Source: Candidatus Acidiferrales bacterium
Lineage (GTDB): Bacteria; Acidobacteriota; Terriglobia; Acidiferrales; UBA7541
Assembly (NCBI GenBank): GCA_036401315.1
Contig: DASWVE010000043.1
Span: 37,944 to 101,943 of the forward strand
Direction: 5' to 3'
Length of the DNA: 64,000 nucleotides
Part shown: in pieces, positions 54,767 to 63,764 of the stretch
Layout of the letters: every line of letters starts with the position of its first letter
Numbering within the stretch: position 1 is the stretch's first letter
Notes under the pieces: model-generated
What the model was told of the DNA's origin: nothing
Databases searched by the model: none
Seen by the model: the letters and a program-made list of their open reading frames with translations, nothing else
Program-made: the position numbers and the translations under genes

Positions 54767-55351
54767 TTACTCTTCGTCGCCGCTCGGCGCCGGGAAGTTC
54801 TTCTCGAAGTCCGGCGATTTCTTCCGCACTTCCAGCCAGTCAAAAAACGCGTCCGGCGTTTCCAGCCAGATTCCGAACCAGTGCGCGATTTCTTCCTTCT
54901 CCGCGCGCTTCCGCGCTTCCACTTTATGGTTACGCGAAATCATTTCCGCGCGCCGGCGTCCCAAGCGCGCCACTTCGCGCACCCGCTCCGCTCCCGCGCG
55001 CTCTTTCTCGTGCTGGAATTTCCGGAACAGCTCGTCCAGCCGCACGATGCACATCTCCGCCTCTTCTAGCGTCGAGAAGTGCAGCAGATCCGCGAATTCT
55101 TCTTCGTAGCGCCCTTCGGTGTCCGACTTCGTCGACCACACCACCCGCATGCCCGCTTCTTCCAGCACACTCACAATGTAATCCGCTGAAGTTTTCCCCG
55201 CCGCGCCCAGTTGCGCGATCAATTTCCGCCGAATCTGTTCGATCTCCGCGGGAGTAAAACGAGGTTTGCCCAATTCCTCCGCCGCTTCGAGGATCATCGC
55301 CTTCTTTGTAGGCGATCCGCCTTCCTCATGCGTCGGGTGATCTGGACTCAC
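54767..55351 (-). CDS. hypothetical protein (194 aa, charged/coiled-coil C-terminal half)
   Basis: ATGA overlap with the mltG stop. Coding-like composition. I recognise no family. Confidence 0.65.
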   Translation of the reverse strand: MSPDHPTHEEGGSPTKKAMILEAAEELGKPRFTPAEIEQIRRKLIAQLGAAGKTSADYIVSVLEEAGMRVVWSTKSDTEGRYEEEFADLLHFSTLEEAEMCIVRLDELFRKFQHEKERAGAERVREVARLGRRRAEMISRNHKVEARKRAEKEEIAHWFGIWLETPDAFFDWLEVRKKSPDFEKNFPAPSGDEE

Positions 55352-56418
55352 GAAGGTCCTCGATGCGTCGCCGGCTTTTTCGCCACCGCGTCAGCAACGC
55401 CTTCTTCTTCCGAGAGCAGCTTGCGGTATTTCGCCACGTTGCGGTTATGCTCCGCCAGCGTCTTGCTGAAAAAATGTCCGCCTGCGTCGTTGGCCACGAA
55501 GAACATGTAATCGGTCACGGCCGGCATCAGTGCCGCTTTCAGCGAAGCTTCGCCCGGATTCGCGATCGGCCCCGGCGGCAATCCCGGATTCCGGTACGTG
55601 TTGTACGGCGAATCCACGCTCAAATCTTTCCCCCGCACCACTTTCACGGGATGCCCCTGCAGTTCCAGCGCGTAAGCTACAGTTGGATCGCATTGCAGCG
55701 GCCCGCCATGCTTCAGCCGGTTGTAAAAAACTCCCGCCACCAGCGGACGCTCTTCCGCTCGCGGCGTTTCGCGCTCCACCAGCGACGCCAGCGTCACCAC
55801 CTGCTCCGCGCTCAATCCCTGCGGATACGCGGTCGAATCTGCGGCGTTCAGCGATTCCCACACCGCCCGGAAATTCCCGACCATGCGTTTCACCACCTGC
55901 TCGCACGTCGCGTGATGGGTAAATTCATACGTCGAAGGAAAAAGAAAACCTTCCAGGTTCTTCGCGTTCGGCGCAATATCCGAAATCAGCCCGGCATTCT
56001 CCGCCGCGGCCAGAAAGTCTTCTTTGCTGCACACGCCCTGCTGTTCCATTTCCGCGCCGATGTCGAACATCGTGTAGCCTTCCGGAATGGTTACGCTGTG
56101 CACGAAGATGTGCCCCTGCGCCATTTGCCAGAAAACTTCCCGCGTCGTCACCGGACGGTCGATGTAGTATTCGCCGGCCTGCAACGGCGTGCGAATGTGC
56201 CACAGGCTGAAAAGTTCGAATGCCAGCCGGTTGCGGATCACGTCGTCGTGCCGCAGAATTCCGGCGATATTCCAGCGCGAAGTCCCGTGCGGAATCTCCA
56301 CAAATACCTTCTCTGGCCGGTGTCCCCGGTACGGTCGGCTGATCTGCGAATCGATCCAGCCCGCTCCCGCTCCGATCGCGGCAATCACCAGAAGTGCGAG
56401 TAAACCCAGGCGGCGCAT
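55348..56418 (-). CDS. mltG: endolytic murein transglycosylase MltG (YceG family)
   Basis: 356 aa. N-terminal TM helix. Hallmark SPYNTYRNPGLPPGPIANPG. Confidence 0.94.
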   Translation of the reverse strand: MRRLGLLALLVIAAIGAGAGWIDSQISRPYRGHRPEKVFVEIPHGTSRWNIAGILRHDDVIRNRLAFELFSLWHIRTPLQAGEYYIDRPVTTREVFWQMAQGHIFVHSVTIPEGYTMFDIGAEMEQQGVCSKEDFLAAAENAGLISDIAPNAKNLEGFLFPSTYEFTHHATCEQVVKRMVGNFRAVWESLNAADSTAYPQGLSAEQVVTLASLVERETPRAEERPLVAGVFYNRLKHGGPLQCDPTVAYALELQGHPVKVVRGKDLSVDSPYNTYRNPGLPPGPIANPGEASLKAALMPAVTDYMFFVANDAGGHFFSKTLAEHNRNVAKYRKLLSEEEGVADAVAKKPATHRGPS

Positions 56419-56424
56419 CTTCCG

Positions 56425-56934
56425 TTATTCCTTCCCTTCGCGATTCGCGCGTTTTCGTTCCAGATATTCGCGCAGCAGAATCGCCGCCGCCACATCGTCC
56501 AAAGGCGCGTCTTTGCGCCGCTTCGCACCGCCCATCTCGGCCAGGGTTTGCTCTGCTTCCCAGGTCGTCAATCGTTCGTCCGCCAATTCCACCTCGATCC
56601 CCAATTCTTTCCGCAGGCGCGTCGCGAAACGCTCCGCCTCTTCCGCCATATCTCCCGCTTCGCCGGTGATGTGCAACGGATGCCCCACCACGATCAGCTT
56701 CACGCCCTTCGCCCGGCAAATTTCGCGCAATCGCCGCACATCTTCCCGCCGGTTCTTATGCGCAAGTACCTGCAAAGGCTGCGCCGTCAGTCCCAATTCG
56801 TCCGAAAGCGCCAAGCCAATCCGCTTTTTCCCATAATCGATCGCCAGAATGCGCGGCGCCGTCGTGCTCGATGGCTGCGCAGGCAATTTCAAAACAGGAT
56901 TTCCCCCAGCGACGGGAAGCGGCGTGAGTGTCAT
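56425..56934 (-). CDS. ruvX: Holliday-junction resolvase-like RuvX (YqgF)
   Basis: ILAIDYGKKRIGLALSD... is a YqgF motif. The N-terminal ~28 aa are possibly over-extended. ruvX-mltG synteny. Confidence 0.9.
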   Translation of the reverse strand: MTLTPLPVAGGNPVLKLPAQPSSTTAPRILAIDYGKKRIGLALSDELGLTAQPLQVLAHKNRREDVRRLREICRAKGVKLIVVGHPLHITGEAGDMAEEAERFATRLRKELGIEVELADERLTTWEAEQTLAEMGGAKRRKDAPLDDVAAAILLREYLERKRANREGKE

Positions 56935-56986
56935 CTGTATTTTATTATACGCGACCGCGCCAGAATCCGAACCGCACGCGCCCGCC

Positions 56987-58555
56987 TCACGGCTGTCGTC
57001 CGCGTTCGCTCGACTGCCAGTATTGCCAGAAATTCGCGTCCTTCATCTGCTGGTCGAGTCCCGTCTCATGAATCATCTGCTCGAGTTCCGCACGCGACTG
57101 CCGCCCGCCGATCCGCGTCGGATTATCCGCCAGCGCAAACGCCGTCACCGCCGCAATCGCCACGTGCCGCTTCAGCTCAGTGATATCCACCTTATCGAAC
57201 GTGTCCGACGCCGCATGATAATTCAGCATGTAATTCGCCGGCTCCTGATTCGCCACCAGCGTCGGCACTCCTTCCAGCAGAAAATCGAAATTGTCCGTGT
57301 CCATGCTCACGTCCTGCGTGAAGTCCTTCACCCCCAGCCGCGCCGCCGGCTCCAACGCTTCGCGCACCGCCGCAGCCACATCCTTGCGGCCGCCCAAGGA
57401 ATATCCCGTCACTTTGCCCATGCCCGAATCGAAAATCACCGCTGCGATCATTTTGTCCAGTTCCGCCCGATGATCGTGCGCATACGCCGCCGATCCCATC
57501 AGCCCTTCCTCTTCGCCGGTAAACAAAACAAACCGGATCGATCGCCGCGGTATTGTCCCCGACGCATGAATCGTCCGCGCCGCATCGATCACCATCGCCG
57601 AATTGCAGCCGTTGTCCAACGCGCCCGTCCCCAAATCCCAAGAATCCAGATGCGCCCCCAGCACCACGAATTCGTCCGGCTTCTCGCGCCCGCGAATTTC
57701 CGCCACCACATTTTCCGCGGCCACCGGCCCCGTAATCTTGTTCGGCATTTCAAATTTCACGCGCACCGGCTGCCCGTTATTCACAAACCGCGCGATGCGT
57801 TCCGCATCCTCCCGCGCCACCACCGCCTGCGGCATTTTTTCCAGCTTCCCATCCACCGTGACCGTATGCCGGTAAAGAAGCAGGTTCGGCCGCGACGACA
57901 TCCAGAAAATCGCCTTGGCCCCGGCCTTCATCGCGCGGTCGATAATCGGCGGCGCGATGTCGTACTCCGCGGTCAGCTCGTCCCAAGTCACCAAAAATTT
58001 CGAATGGACCAGCACGATTGCGCCATTCGCTGCAACGCCCGCCTTCGCGAATCCTGCTTCGTCCCCAAATCCCACATCGATCACGTTCGCCGTAATCCCG
58101 CCCTCAGGCGTTGCGGGCGACCATCCAATCGAAACCAGCCGAACCGGAAACGCTTCCGGAGCCAGCACTTCCACTCGCGTATTCCCTTCGCTCCAGCCCA
58201 CCGGCATCGTGTATTTTTCGGTGTGCACTTCGTCCACGCCCGCCAGCCGCAACGCCTGCACCGCCCAACCCGCCGCGCGGTCCGCCGCCGCTGAACCCGT
58301 CACCCGCCCGCCAATCGAATCGCTCAGGTATCGCAAATTTTCTTCGAGCGGCGATGCTCCCATCGCCGTCTTTTCCATCTGCGGCGCCAGATCCGCGCAC
58401 GACTTCTCGATCGAGCAAGCCCCTCCACCCTGCGGCGCCAGCGGAGCCGCCTTCACCGGAGGAATCTGCCCCATCGCTGTTGGCGCTCCCAACAAGAAGT
58501 ACAAGCCGCAAGCTCCCGCGCACGCCCCAAGCGTCTTCAAAAGTTGGTTGGTCAT
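56987..58555 (-). CDS. secreted M28-family aminopeptidase with PA domain
   Basis: 522 aa. Signal peptide present. VVLGAHLDSWDLGTGALDNGCNSAMV, FVLFTGEEEGLMGS and YHAASDTFDK are M28 zinc-ligand motifs. Confidence 0.88.
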   Translation of the reverse strand: MTNQLLKTLGACAGACGLYFLLGAPTAMGQIPPVKAAPLAPQGGGACSIEKSCADLAPQMEKTAMGASPLEENLRYLSDSIGGRVTGSAAADRAAGWAVQALRLAGVDEVHTEKYTMPVGWSEGNTRVEVLAPEAFPVRLVSIGWSPATPEGGITANVIDVGFGDEAGFAKAGVAANGAIVLVHSKFLVTWDELTAEYDIAPPIIDRAMKAGAKAIFWMSSRPNLLLYRHTVTVDGKLEKMPQAVVAREDAERIARFVNNGQPVRVKFEMPNKITGPVAAENVVAEIRGREKPDEFVVLGAHLDSWDLGTGALDNGCNSAMVIDAARTIHASGTIPRRSIRFVLFTGEEEGLMGSAAYAHDHRAELDKMIAAVIFDSGMGKVTGYSLGGRKDVAAAVREALEPAARLGVKDFTQDVSMDTDNFDFLLEGVPTLVANQEPANYMLNYHAASDTFDKVDITELKRHVAIAAVTAFALADNPTRIGGRQSRAELEQMIHETGLDQQMKDANFWQYWQSSERGRQP

Positions 58556-58762
58556 TGTCGTCGCGCGAGTCTACCCCGAAACCGCCTTTTCGCAGCCAAC
58601 CCACTTCGATTTGCCCGTTTCGGTCCTCAGAATCGGGCCAAACTCCGCGGCACCGGAACTTTTTGCAGATTAAGCGAAGATTCTACCTAGCAGCCCTCGC
58701 CCCGCCTTCGCTGGTACTAGTCCTATGTGTCTCAATTTGAGCCACTTATATTATCTCGACTC

Positions 58763-58777
58763 TGGCACGGCATATGC
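58763..58777 (+). promoter_or_regulatory. sigma-54-type promoter candidate (TGGCACG-N4-aTGC)
   Basis: TGGCACGGCATATGC has the GG and GC dinucleotides at the canonical -24/-12 spacing. Lies about 200 nt upstream of the LuxR-type gene. Confidence 0.35.
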
Positions 58778-58975
58778 CTGTGGGTCCTGCCCGCCACATA
58801 AGGTATTTGCTGTAGAAGTTGCAAGACTGACCAGCAGTTTTCGTGGTCGGTTTGGGCGAACCGGGCAGACCCGAACGCTTGATTCGTGCATGACCGAGTA
58901 CGTTGCAGGACGGGAGTCAAATCCAAGATCAAGCTTTGCCGAATGCAATCCTGGGCAAGCAAGCGGGAAGGCCAA

Positions 58976-59620
58976 GTGAAGAAAGTAAACGCAATCTCCA
59001 AGTTTCCACCCGTAGAGAAGCAGAAAGAATCGAATCACCCGGACACATTTTTGTTCTGCGAATCGGCCAACGGCACGGCGCAATTCCGCGCCGCCTCCAC
59101 CGCCGATCTCGAATGCACGGTGGAACGCATCGCCGGCGTCCTGGCCATGCAATGCATGGTCCGCGGCCAGGATCCCAAGAATTTTCAGGTCATGGTGCCG
59201 GCCGAGCAGTCGCTCGTCTCGCGCCTGATCTCCCGCGCCGAAGAGCTTCTCGCCGAGGGTCGCGCCATTGCCTGCCCCACGTCGCTCAGCGCCCGTCAGC
59301 GTGAAGTCTTGAACGCCGTCCTTTGCAATCGCGCCAATAAGGAAATCGCGTCCAAGCTCAACATCACCGTCCGCACCGTGAAATTCCACATCTCGTCCTT
59401 GCTCAGCAAATTCGGCGTGGAATCCCGTGCGGAGCTGGCTCGCCGCGCCGCCGGCTTCATGCGTCCGAACCCCATCGATGATGTCGACGCTCCGGACGCC
59501 ATTGTAGCGCCCGGCTTCATGCCCGAAAAATTCCAGACGATGCCGATGAACCGCACCTACGACATGGTCAACCGCAAATCGGCCGTGCAGCACTTTCCCA
59601 GGAAGACCCTGCTCGCGTAG
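58976..59620 (+). CDS. LuxR/GerE-family HTH transcriptional regulator (solo, unknown N-terminal domain)
   Basis: LSARQREVLNAVLCNRANKEIASKLNITVRTVKFHISSLLSKFGVESRAELA is a GerE HTH. I prefer the GTG at 58976 (GGGAAGG SD). Alternatives are the ATG at 58943 and the GTG at 58886. Confidence 0.8.
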   Translation: MKKVNAISKFPPVEKQKESNHPDTFLFCESANGTAQFRAASTADLECTVERIAGVLAMQCMVRGQDPKNFQVMVPAEQSLVSRLISRAEELLAEGRAIACPTSLSARQREVLNAVLCNRANKEIASKLNITVRTVKFHISSLLSKFGVESRAELARRAAGFMRPNPIDDVDAPDAIVAPGFMPEKFQTMPMNRTYDMVNRKSAVQHFPRKTLLA

Positions 59621-59646
59621 TCGAATCTGTTCCGCCCTGGCGCTTC

Positions 59647-59684
59647 AAGGCGTGGGCCCTGCAATCGGGCCCACGCCTTTTTTC
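59647..59684 (+). terminator. rho-independent terminator after the LuxR-type gene
   Basis: AAGGCGTGGGCCC-tgcaatc-GGGCCCACGCCTT forms a perfect stem, followed by TTTTC. Confidence 0.75.
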
Positions 59685-59830
59685 TTGTATAGGCCATCTA
59701 CAACGCCGCTTTACCCCTAACCCCCGCAGTCTTATGATAGGTACGCCTCCGTGGGTAGCCCCCGCCGTCCCACGATGAGTATCCTTATATCTGTCAGATT
59801 CAAGTTCGAGCCCAAGGCGGAGCTGCCGTA

Positions 59831-60871
59831 ATGTCGACCAACCACAGCAATCCTAAGAATCCTCACATTCTCGTCGCCGGCGCTGGCGGTTTTATCGGCG
59901 GCCATCTCGTGGCCGACTTCCGCCGCCGCGGCTTTACCCGCATTCGCGCCGTTGACGTCAAGCCCCTCGACCAGTGGTATCAGCGCTTCGACGACGTCGA
60001 AAATCTGCGACTCGATCTCAACCTTCGCGAAAACTGCGATACTGCCGCCGCGGGCGTCGAAGAAATCTACAATCTCGCCGCCAACATGGGCGGCATGGGT
60101 TTCATCGAGGCCAATAAAGCCCTCTGCATGTTGTCCGTGCTCATCAACACCCACCTGCTTCAATCCGCGCTGAAGCAAGGTGCCCAAAAATTCTTCTACT
60201 CCTCTTCCGCCTGCGTCTACAACGGCGACAAGCAAAAAACTTTCGAGGCGCCCTCCCTGCGCGAAGAAGACGCCTATCCCGCCCAGCCTGAAGACGGCTA
60301 CGGCTGGGAAAAATTATTTTCCGAACGCATGTGCCGCCATTTCCGCGAAGACTTCGGCCTCTACACCCGCGTCGCCCGCTTTCATAACGTCTACGGCCCC
60401 TGGGGCACCTGGTTCGGCGGACGCGAGAAAGCTCCCGCCGCGATCTGCCGCAAAGTGATCGAAGCCAAACTCGGTGGCTCGAACCAGATCGAAATTTGGG
60501 GTTCGGGCGATCAGACCCGCAGCTTCATGTACGCCGACGACTGCATCAAAGGCACCGGTTTGATCATGCACTCCGAAATTCTCGAGCCGATCAACCTTGG
60601 TTCCACCGAAGCCGTCAGCATCAATCAGTTGGTCGATATCGTGGAGGGAATTGCTGGCGTGAAGTTGCAGCGCAAGTACGACCTTAGCGCGCCCAAAGGC
60701 GTCAACGGCCGCAACAGCGAAAACACGCTGATCAAAAAATATCTGAATTGGGAACCGGATACGACGCTGCGCGCAGGGCTCGAAAAAACCTACGCCTGGA
60801 TTTACGACCAGTATCGCGCCCGCGAGCGCGGCGAAGCCGGTGTAGTGCGCGAAGCCTCTGCCTCGCGTTAG
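59831..60871 (+). CDS. GDP-mannose 3,5-epimerase-like NAD-dependent epimerase (SDR family)
   Basis: GAGGFIGGHL Rossmann motif. NMGGMGFI, SSACVYN, DGYGWEKL, RFHNVYGPWGTWFGGREKAPAAICRK, QTRSF and GVNGRNSENTLIKKYLNWEP closely parallel my recollection of plant/bacterial GME. Confidence 0.75.
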   Translation: MSTNHSNPKNPHILVAGAGGFIGGHLVADFRRRGFTRIRAVDVKPLDQWYQRFDDVENLRLDLNLRENCDTAAAGVEEIYNLAANMGGMGFIEANKALCMLSVLINTHLLQSALKQGAQKFFYSSSACVYNGDKQKTFEAPSLREEDAYPAQPEDGYGWEKLFSERMCRHFREDFGLYTRVARFHNVYGPWGTWFGGREKAPAAICRKVIEAKLGGSNQIEIWGSGDQTRSFMYADDCIKGTGLIMHSEILEPINLGSTEAVSINQLVDIVEGIAGVKLQRKYDLSAPKGVNGRNSENTLIKKYLNWEPDTTLRAGLEKTYAWIYDQYRARERGEAGVVREASASR

Positions 60872-60889
60872 CCTGAAAAATCCCGTCCG

Positions 60890-61939
60890 TCATTTCGCCG
60901 GCGGCTTGGCATCCGTAAGCGATTTCAGCGACGCTGCCCGATTCTCATAATTTTTCTGGTAATACGATCGGTAACCGCCGCCCCGCACGTCCGCCAGCCA
61001 CTTCGGATTGTTCCGGTACCAGTCGATCGTTCCTCGCAATCCGTCCTCGAGCTTAACCACCGGCTTCCATCCCAATTCCTTCTCGATCTTCAAAGCAGTC
61101 GTCGCATACCGCCGGTCGTGTCCCGGCCGGTCCGCCACGTGCATAATTAACGACTCCGGCCTTCCGCAGCTTTGCAAAATCCTCCGCGCCATCGCAATGT
61201 TGTCGATCACATCCGCGCCGCTGATGTTGTAAATCTCCCCCAGCTTTCCACGTTCCAGCACCGTCTCTAGTCCCCGGCAATGATCGTCGATGTGCAGCCA
61301 GGTCCTTTCCTGTTTCCCATCGCCATAAATCGGCAGCGCCTTATCCTCCAGCGCATTCGAAATCAGGAGCGGCACCAGCTTTTCCGGAAATTGATATGGC
61401 CCGTAATTATTTGAAGTCCGCGTAATAATCGCCGGAAAATTAAATGTCTTCACATACGACCGCACCAGCAAATCCGCTGCAGCCTTCGACGCCGCATAAG
61501 GACTGTTCGGCGCCAGCACTGACTTTTCATCCGCAAATGTTCCCGGCCCCACATCCCCGTACACTTCGTCCGTCGAAACCTGAATAAAGCGCGGAACCTT
61601 CAGTTTTCGCGCCGCTTCCAGCAACGTGAACGTCCCAGTCACATTCGTGCGCACCGTCACGCCCGGATCGTAAATGCTCCGGTCCACATGCGATTCCGCG
61701 GCGAAATGCACCACCGCATCGCAGCCCGCCATCGCGGATTCCACGAGAGCCGCGTCGCAAATATCTCCTTTGCAGAACGAGTACCGCTCGTCGGCCGCGA
61801 CTGTTTCCAGATTCGCCAGATTTCCCGCATATGTCAGCGCGTCGTAGTTCACCACTGAAAAACTCTTCGCCCGCCCCAGCATGTGCCGGATGAAATTCGA
61901 CCCGATGAATCCCGCGCCGCCGGTCACGAAAAGTTTCAC
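60890..61939 (-). CDS. rfbB: dTDP-glucose 4,6-dehydratase
   Basis: VTGGAGFIGSNF, STDEVYG, YAASKAAADLL and RPGHDRRYA motifs. I prefer the GTG at 61939, which overlaps the upstream stop in GTGA. The track ORF runs to 61984. Confidence 0.9.
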   Translation of the reverse strand: MKLFVTGGAGFIGSNFIRHMLGRAKSFSVVNYDALTYAGNLANLETVAADERYSFCKGDICDAALVESAMAGCDAVVHFAAESHVDRSIYDPGVTVRTNVTGTFTLLEAARKLKVPRFIQVSTDEVYGDVGPGTFADEKSVLAPNSPYAASKAAADLLVRSYVKTFNFPAIITRTSNNYGPYQFPEKLVPLLISNALEDKALPIYGDGKQERTWLHIDDHCRGLETVLERGKLGEIYNISGADVIDNIAMARRILQSCGRPESLIMHVADRPGHDRRYATTALKIEKELGWKPVVKLEDGLRGTIDWYRNNPKWLADVRGGGYRSYYQKNYENRAASLKSLTDAKPPAK

Positions 61940-63489
61940 CGAGCCGCTCCAGGCAAAAGCCTCTCGCCGTCCGCATGAGCCCACAGCAATCCCGCGAGTC
62001 CCAACACCATGGACAACGCCAGATTTGCTCGAGAGATCGTTCTGCCTGTCACTCCAACCAGAATCAATTCCAGAATCAGCGCGCCGATTACGATGGCCGC
62101 AACCTCCAGCACAACCATTCTCAGCTTCGATCTTGAATCGCCCCTGGGTTCGAAAAGCCCTAACAACCCGCCCGCCACGGCGAAAACCAGCGCATAGAAA
62201 GCATAGTTATAGATCGCTAGCTCGGAGGGTTTTAGCCGGTGAATCAGTCTTGCCAAACTCGCACCCGGACCCACGATATATTCTGTCCTCGTCTTCTTCC
62301 CGTCCAGATACAGCAGCAGATTCACACCGTCATACGAATACAAAATGTCATGCGGCCCATGATCGTTGAACACTCGCGGTATGAACCAGGTCAGTTGCGG
62401 ACGGCCTGCCGAGAGCGGGCTGCGCAGCCAGAAGACCAGATGTCCGCTCTCCTGCCACGCCATCAGGTCCAAAGTACCGGCACCGTCCCCGACCAAAAGA
62501 ATTGTCCACAGGTCATTGGGTACCTCCACTCCGGTGCACACCACATGTACCGTGAAATGATTTGTTTCTTGCAGCGCTTTGATTAAGTCTCGACCGTCGG
62601 TCTGCAAAGGAAGCGGAGATTTTTCGGCGGACGCCGATGGATGTAGGCCGCCCGAGGCCGGTTTGCCCGGAATCCACGAACTCCCGCCGGCTCGCGAAGA
62701 AACATTAGAAGAATCTCGATCAGACGCGTAATCCAGAATCGGCGCTCCGCTCTGCGTCAAATCTGGTCCGGACGCCGTTGCCCCCGCTTGCGCCGCGGCG
62801 CTCAACGGATGATTCCAGATTTGCAGGCTTTGGATCTGGCCCTGCCGGGAGCTTGAACCCGCGCCCGAATTTCCCAGCACGATCACGCCGTAAGGTTTCC
62901 AATTACTCAGCCGGGTCTCCCTTTGCAGCAGGCCCGCGATGCCAAACCACACGCAAAAATATCCCACCACCGCGCAGGCGAAACGAAACGGCGTCAGCCA
63001 TCCCACCACGGCTTGCTGAATCGAATTTAACGCCCCGACAATCGACGCTCCGGCCAGAACATACAAGCCCGCCCCCAGAAACGATCCCGACGAATTCGTA
63101 AAGACGTCTTCCCAACCCGAGTCTCGTTCCGGAACATACAGCTGAGTGAACTCGATCGCGTAGGAAAACAGCGCTCCCGCCGCCAGTGCCGTCACCAACG
63201 CCAACCGTGCCGATTTCCCGCCCTCCCTAAGCTTCTCCCCCAGTCCGAAACCAAACGGTACGAAAAGCAGGATGTTCAATATCGCGTCGGTCAACCCGCT
63301 CTTAGTGCTCTTACCCAGCAAGAAAGGCGAAGCGCCATTGGCCAGCACATGGAAATTAAAGCGAAAGGGATAAATCGTCAAAAACAGGATTCCGGCGGTC
63401 GCCAGAATCAGGAACCGGTTCGACCAGCTTCGCTCCGTCGCTTTCGGGGAGGTTCCGATCGTTGGATTTTGCATTACGCGGGGCTTCAA
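61936..63489 (-). CDS. VanZ-family membrane protein fused to an extracytoplasmic LamG/concanavalin-like domain
   Basis: VanZ motifs LNILLFVPFGFGL...IEFTQLYVPERDSGWEDVFTNSSG. LamG-like strands (IQSLQIWNHPLS; HLVFWLRS; YDGVNLLLYLDGK). Additional C-terminal TM helices. TTG at 63489 or ATG at 63474 as start. Confidence 0.7.
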   Translation of the reverse strand: MKPRVMQNPTIGTSPKATERSWSNRFLILATAGILFLTIYPFRFNFHVLANGASPFLLGKSTKSGLTDAILNILLFVPFGFGLGEKLREGGKSARLALVTALAAGALFSYAIEFTQLYVPERDSGWEDVFTNSSGSFLGAGLYVLAGASIVGALNSIQQAVVGWLTPFRFACAVVGYFCVWFGIAGLLQRETRLSNWKPYGVIVLGNSGAGSSSRQGQIQSLQIWNHPLSAAAQAGATASGPDLTQSGAPILDYASDRDSSNVSSRAGGSSWIPGKPASGGLHPSASAEKSPLPLQTDGRDLIKALQETNHFTVHVVCTGVEVPNDLWTILLVGDGAGTLDLMAWQESGHLVFWLRSPLSAGRPQLTWFIPRVFNDHGPHDILYSYDGVNLLLYLDGKKTRTEYIVGPGASLARLIHRLKPSELAIYNYAFYALVFAVAGGLLGLFEPRGDSRSKLRMVVLEVAAIVIGALILELILVGVTGRTISRANLALSMVLGLAGLLWAHADGERLLPGAAR

Positions 63490-63764
63490 ATCTCCAAAAC
63501 TTTCGCCGAAAGTCTATCACAGCGCTTACTGTTCTCTTCGCTGGCCTCCGGCGTTCTCCGCGGCATTTCGTACAGGCCACAGGTCCAGTAGTCCATTTCG
63601 CCCCGTTTTTCCTAGCATTTTCATCGAAAAAAATCATCTTCGCCTGTCCTTTTTTCGCGGGCACCTGTTCGCTGGAACCACTGAACAGGCGAAACCGCTT
63701 AGACCTTATCGCTGCCTACGGCCAGTAGTTGCGCCCCACTTCGCGTTTCTACACTGGTCCCGAC

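Noticed and set aside
56849-58294. 481-aa plus-strand ORF
   Set aside because: It is antisense to the M28 peptidase gene. Its composition is about one-quarter Arg plus His.
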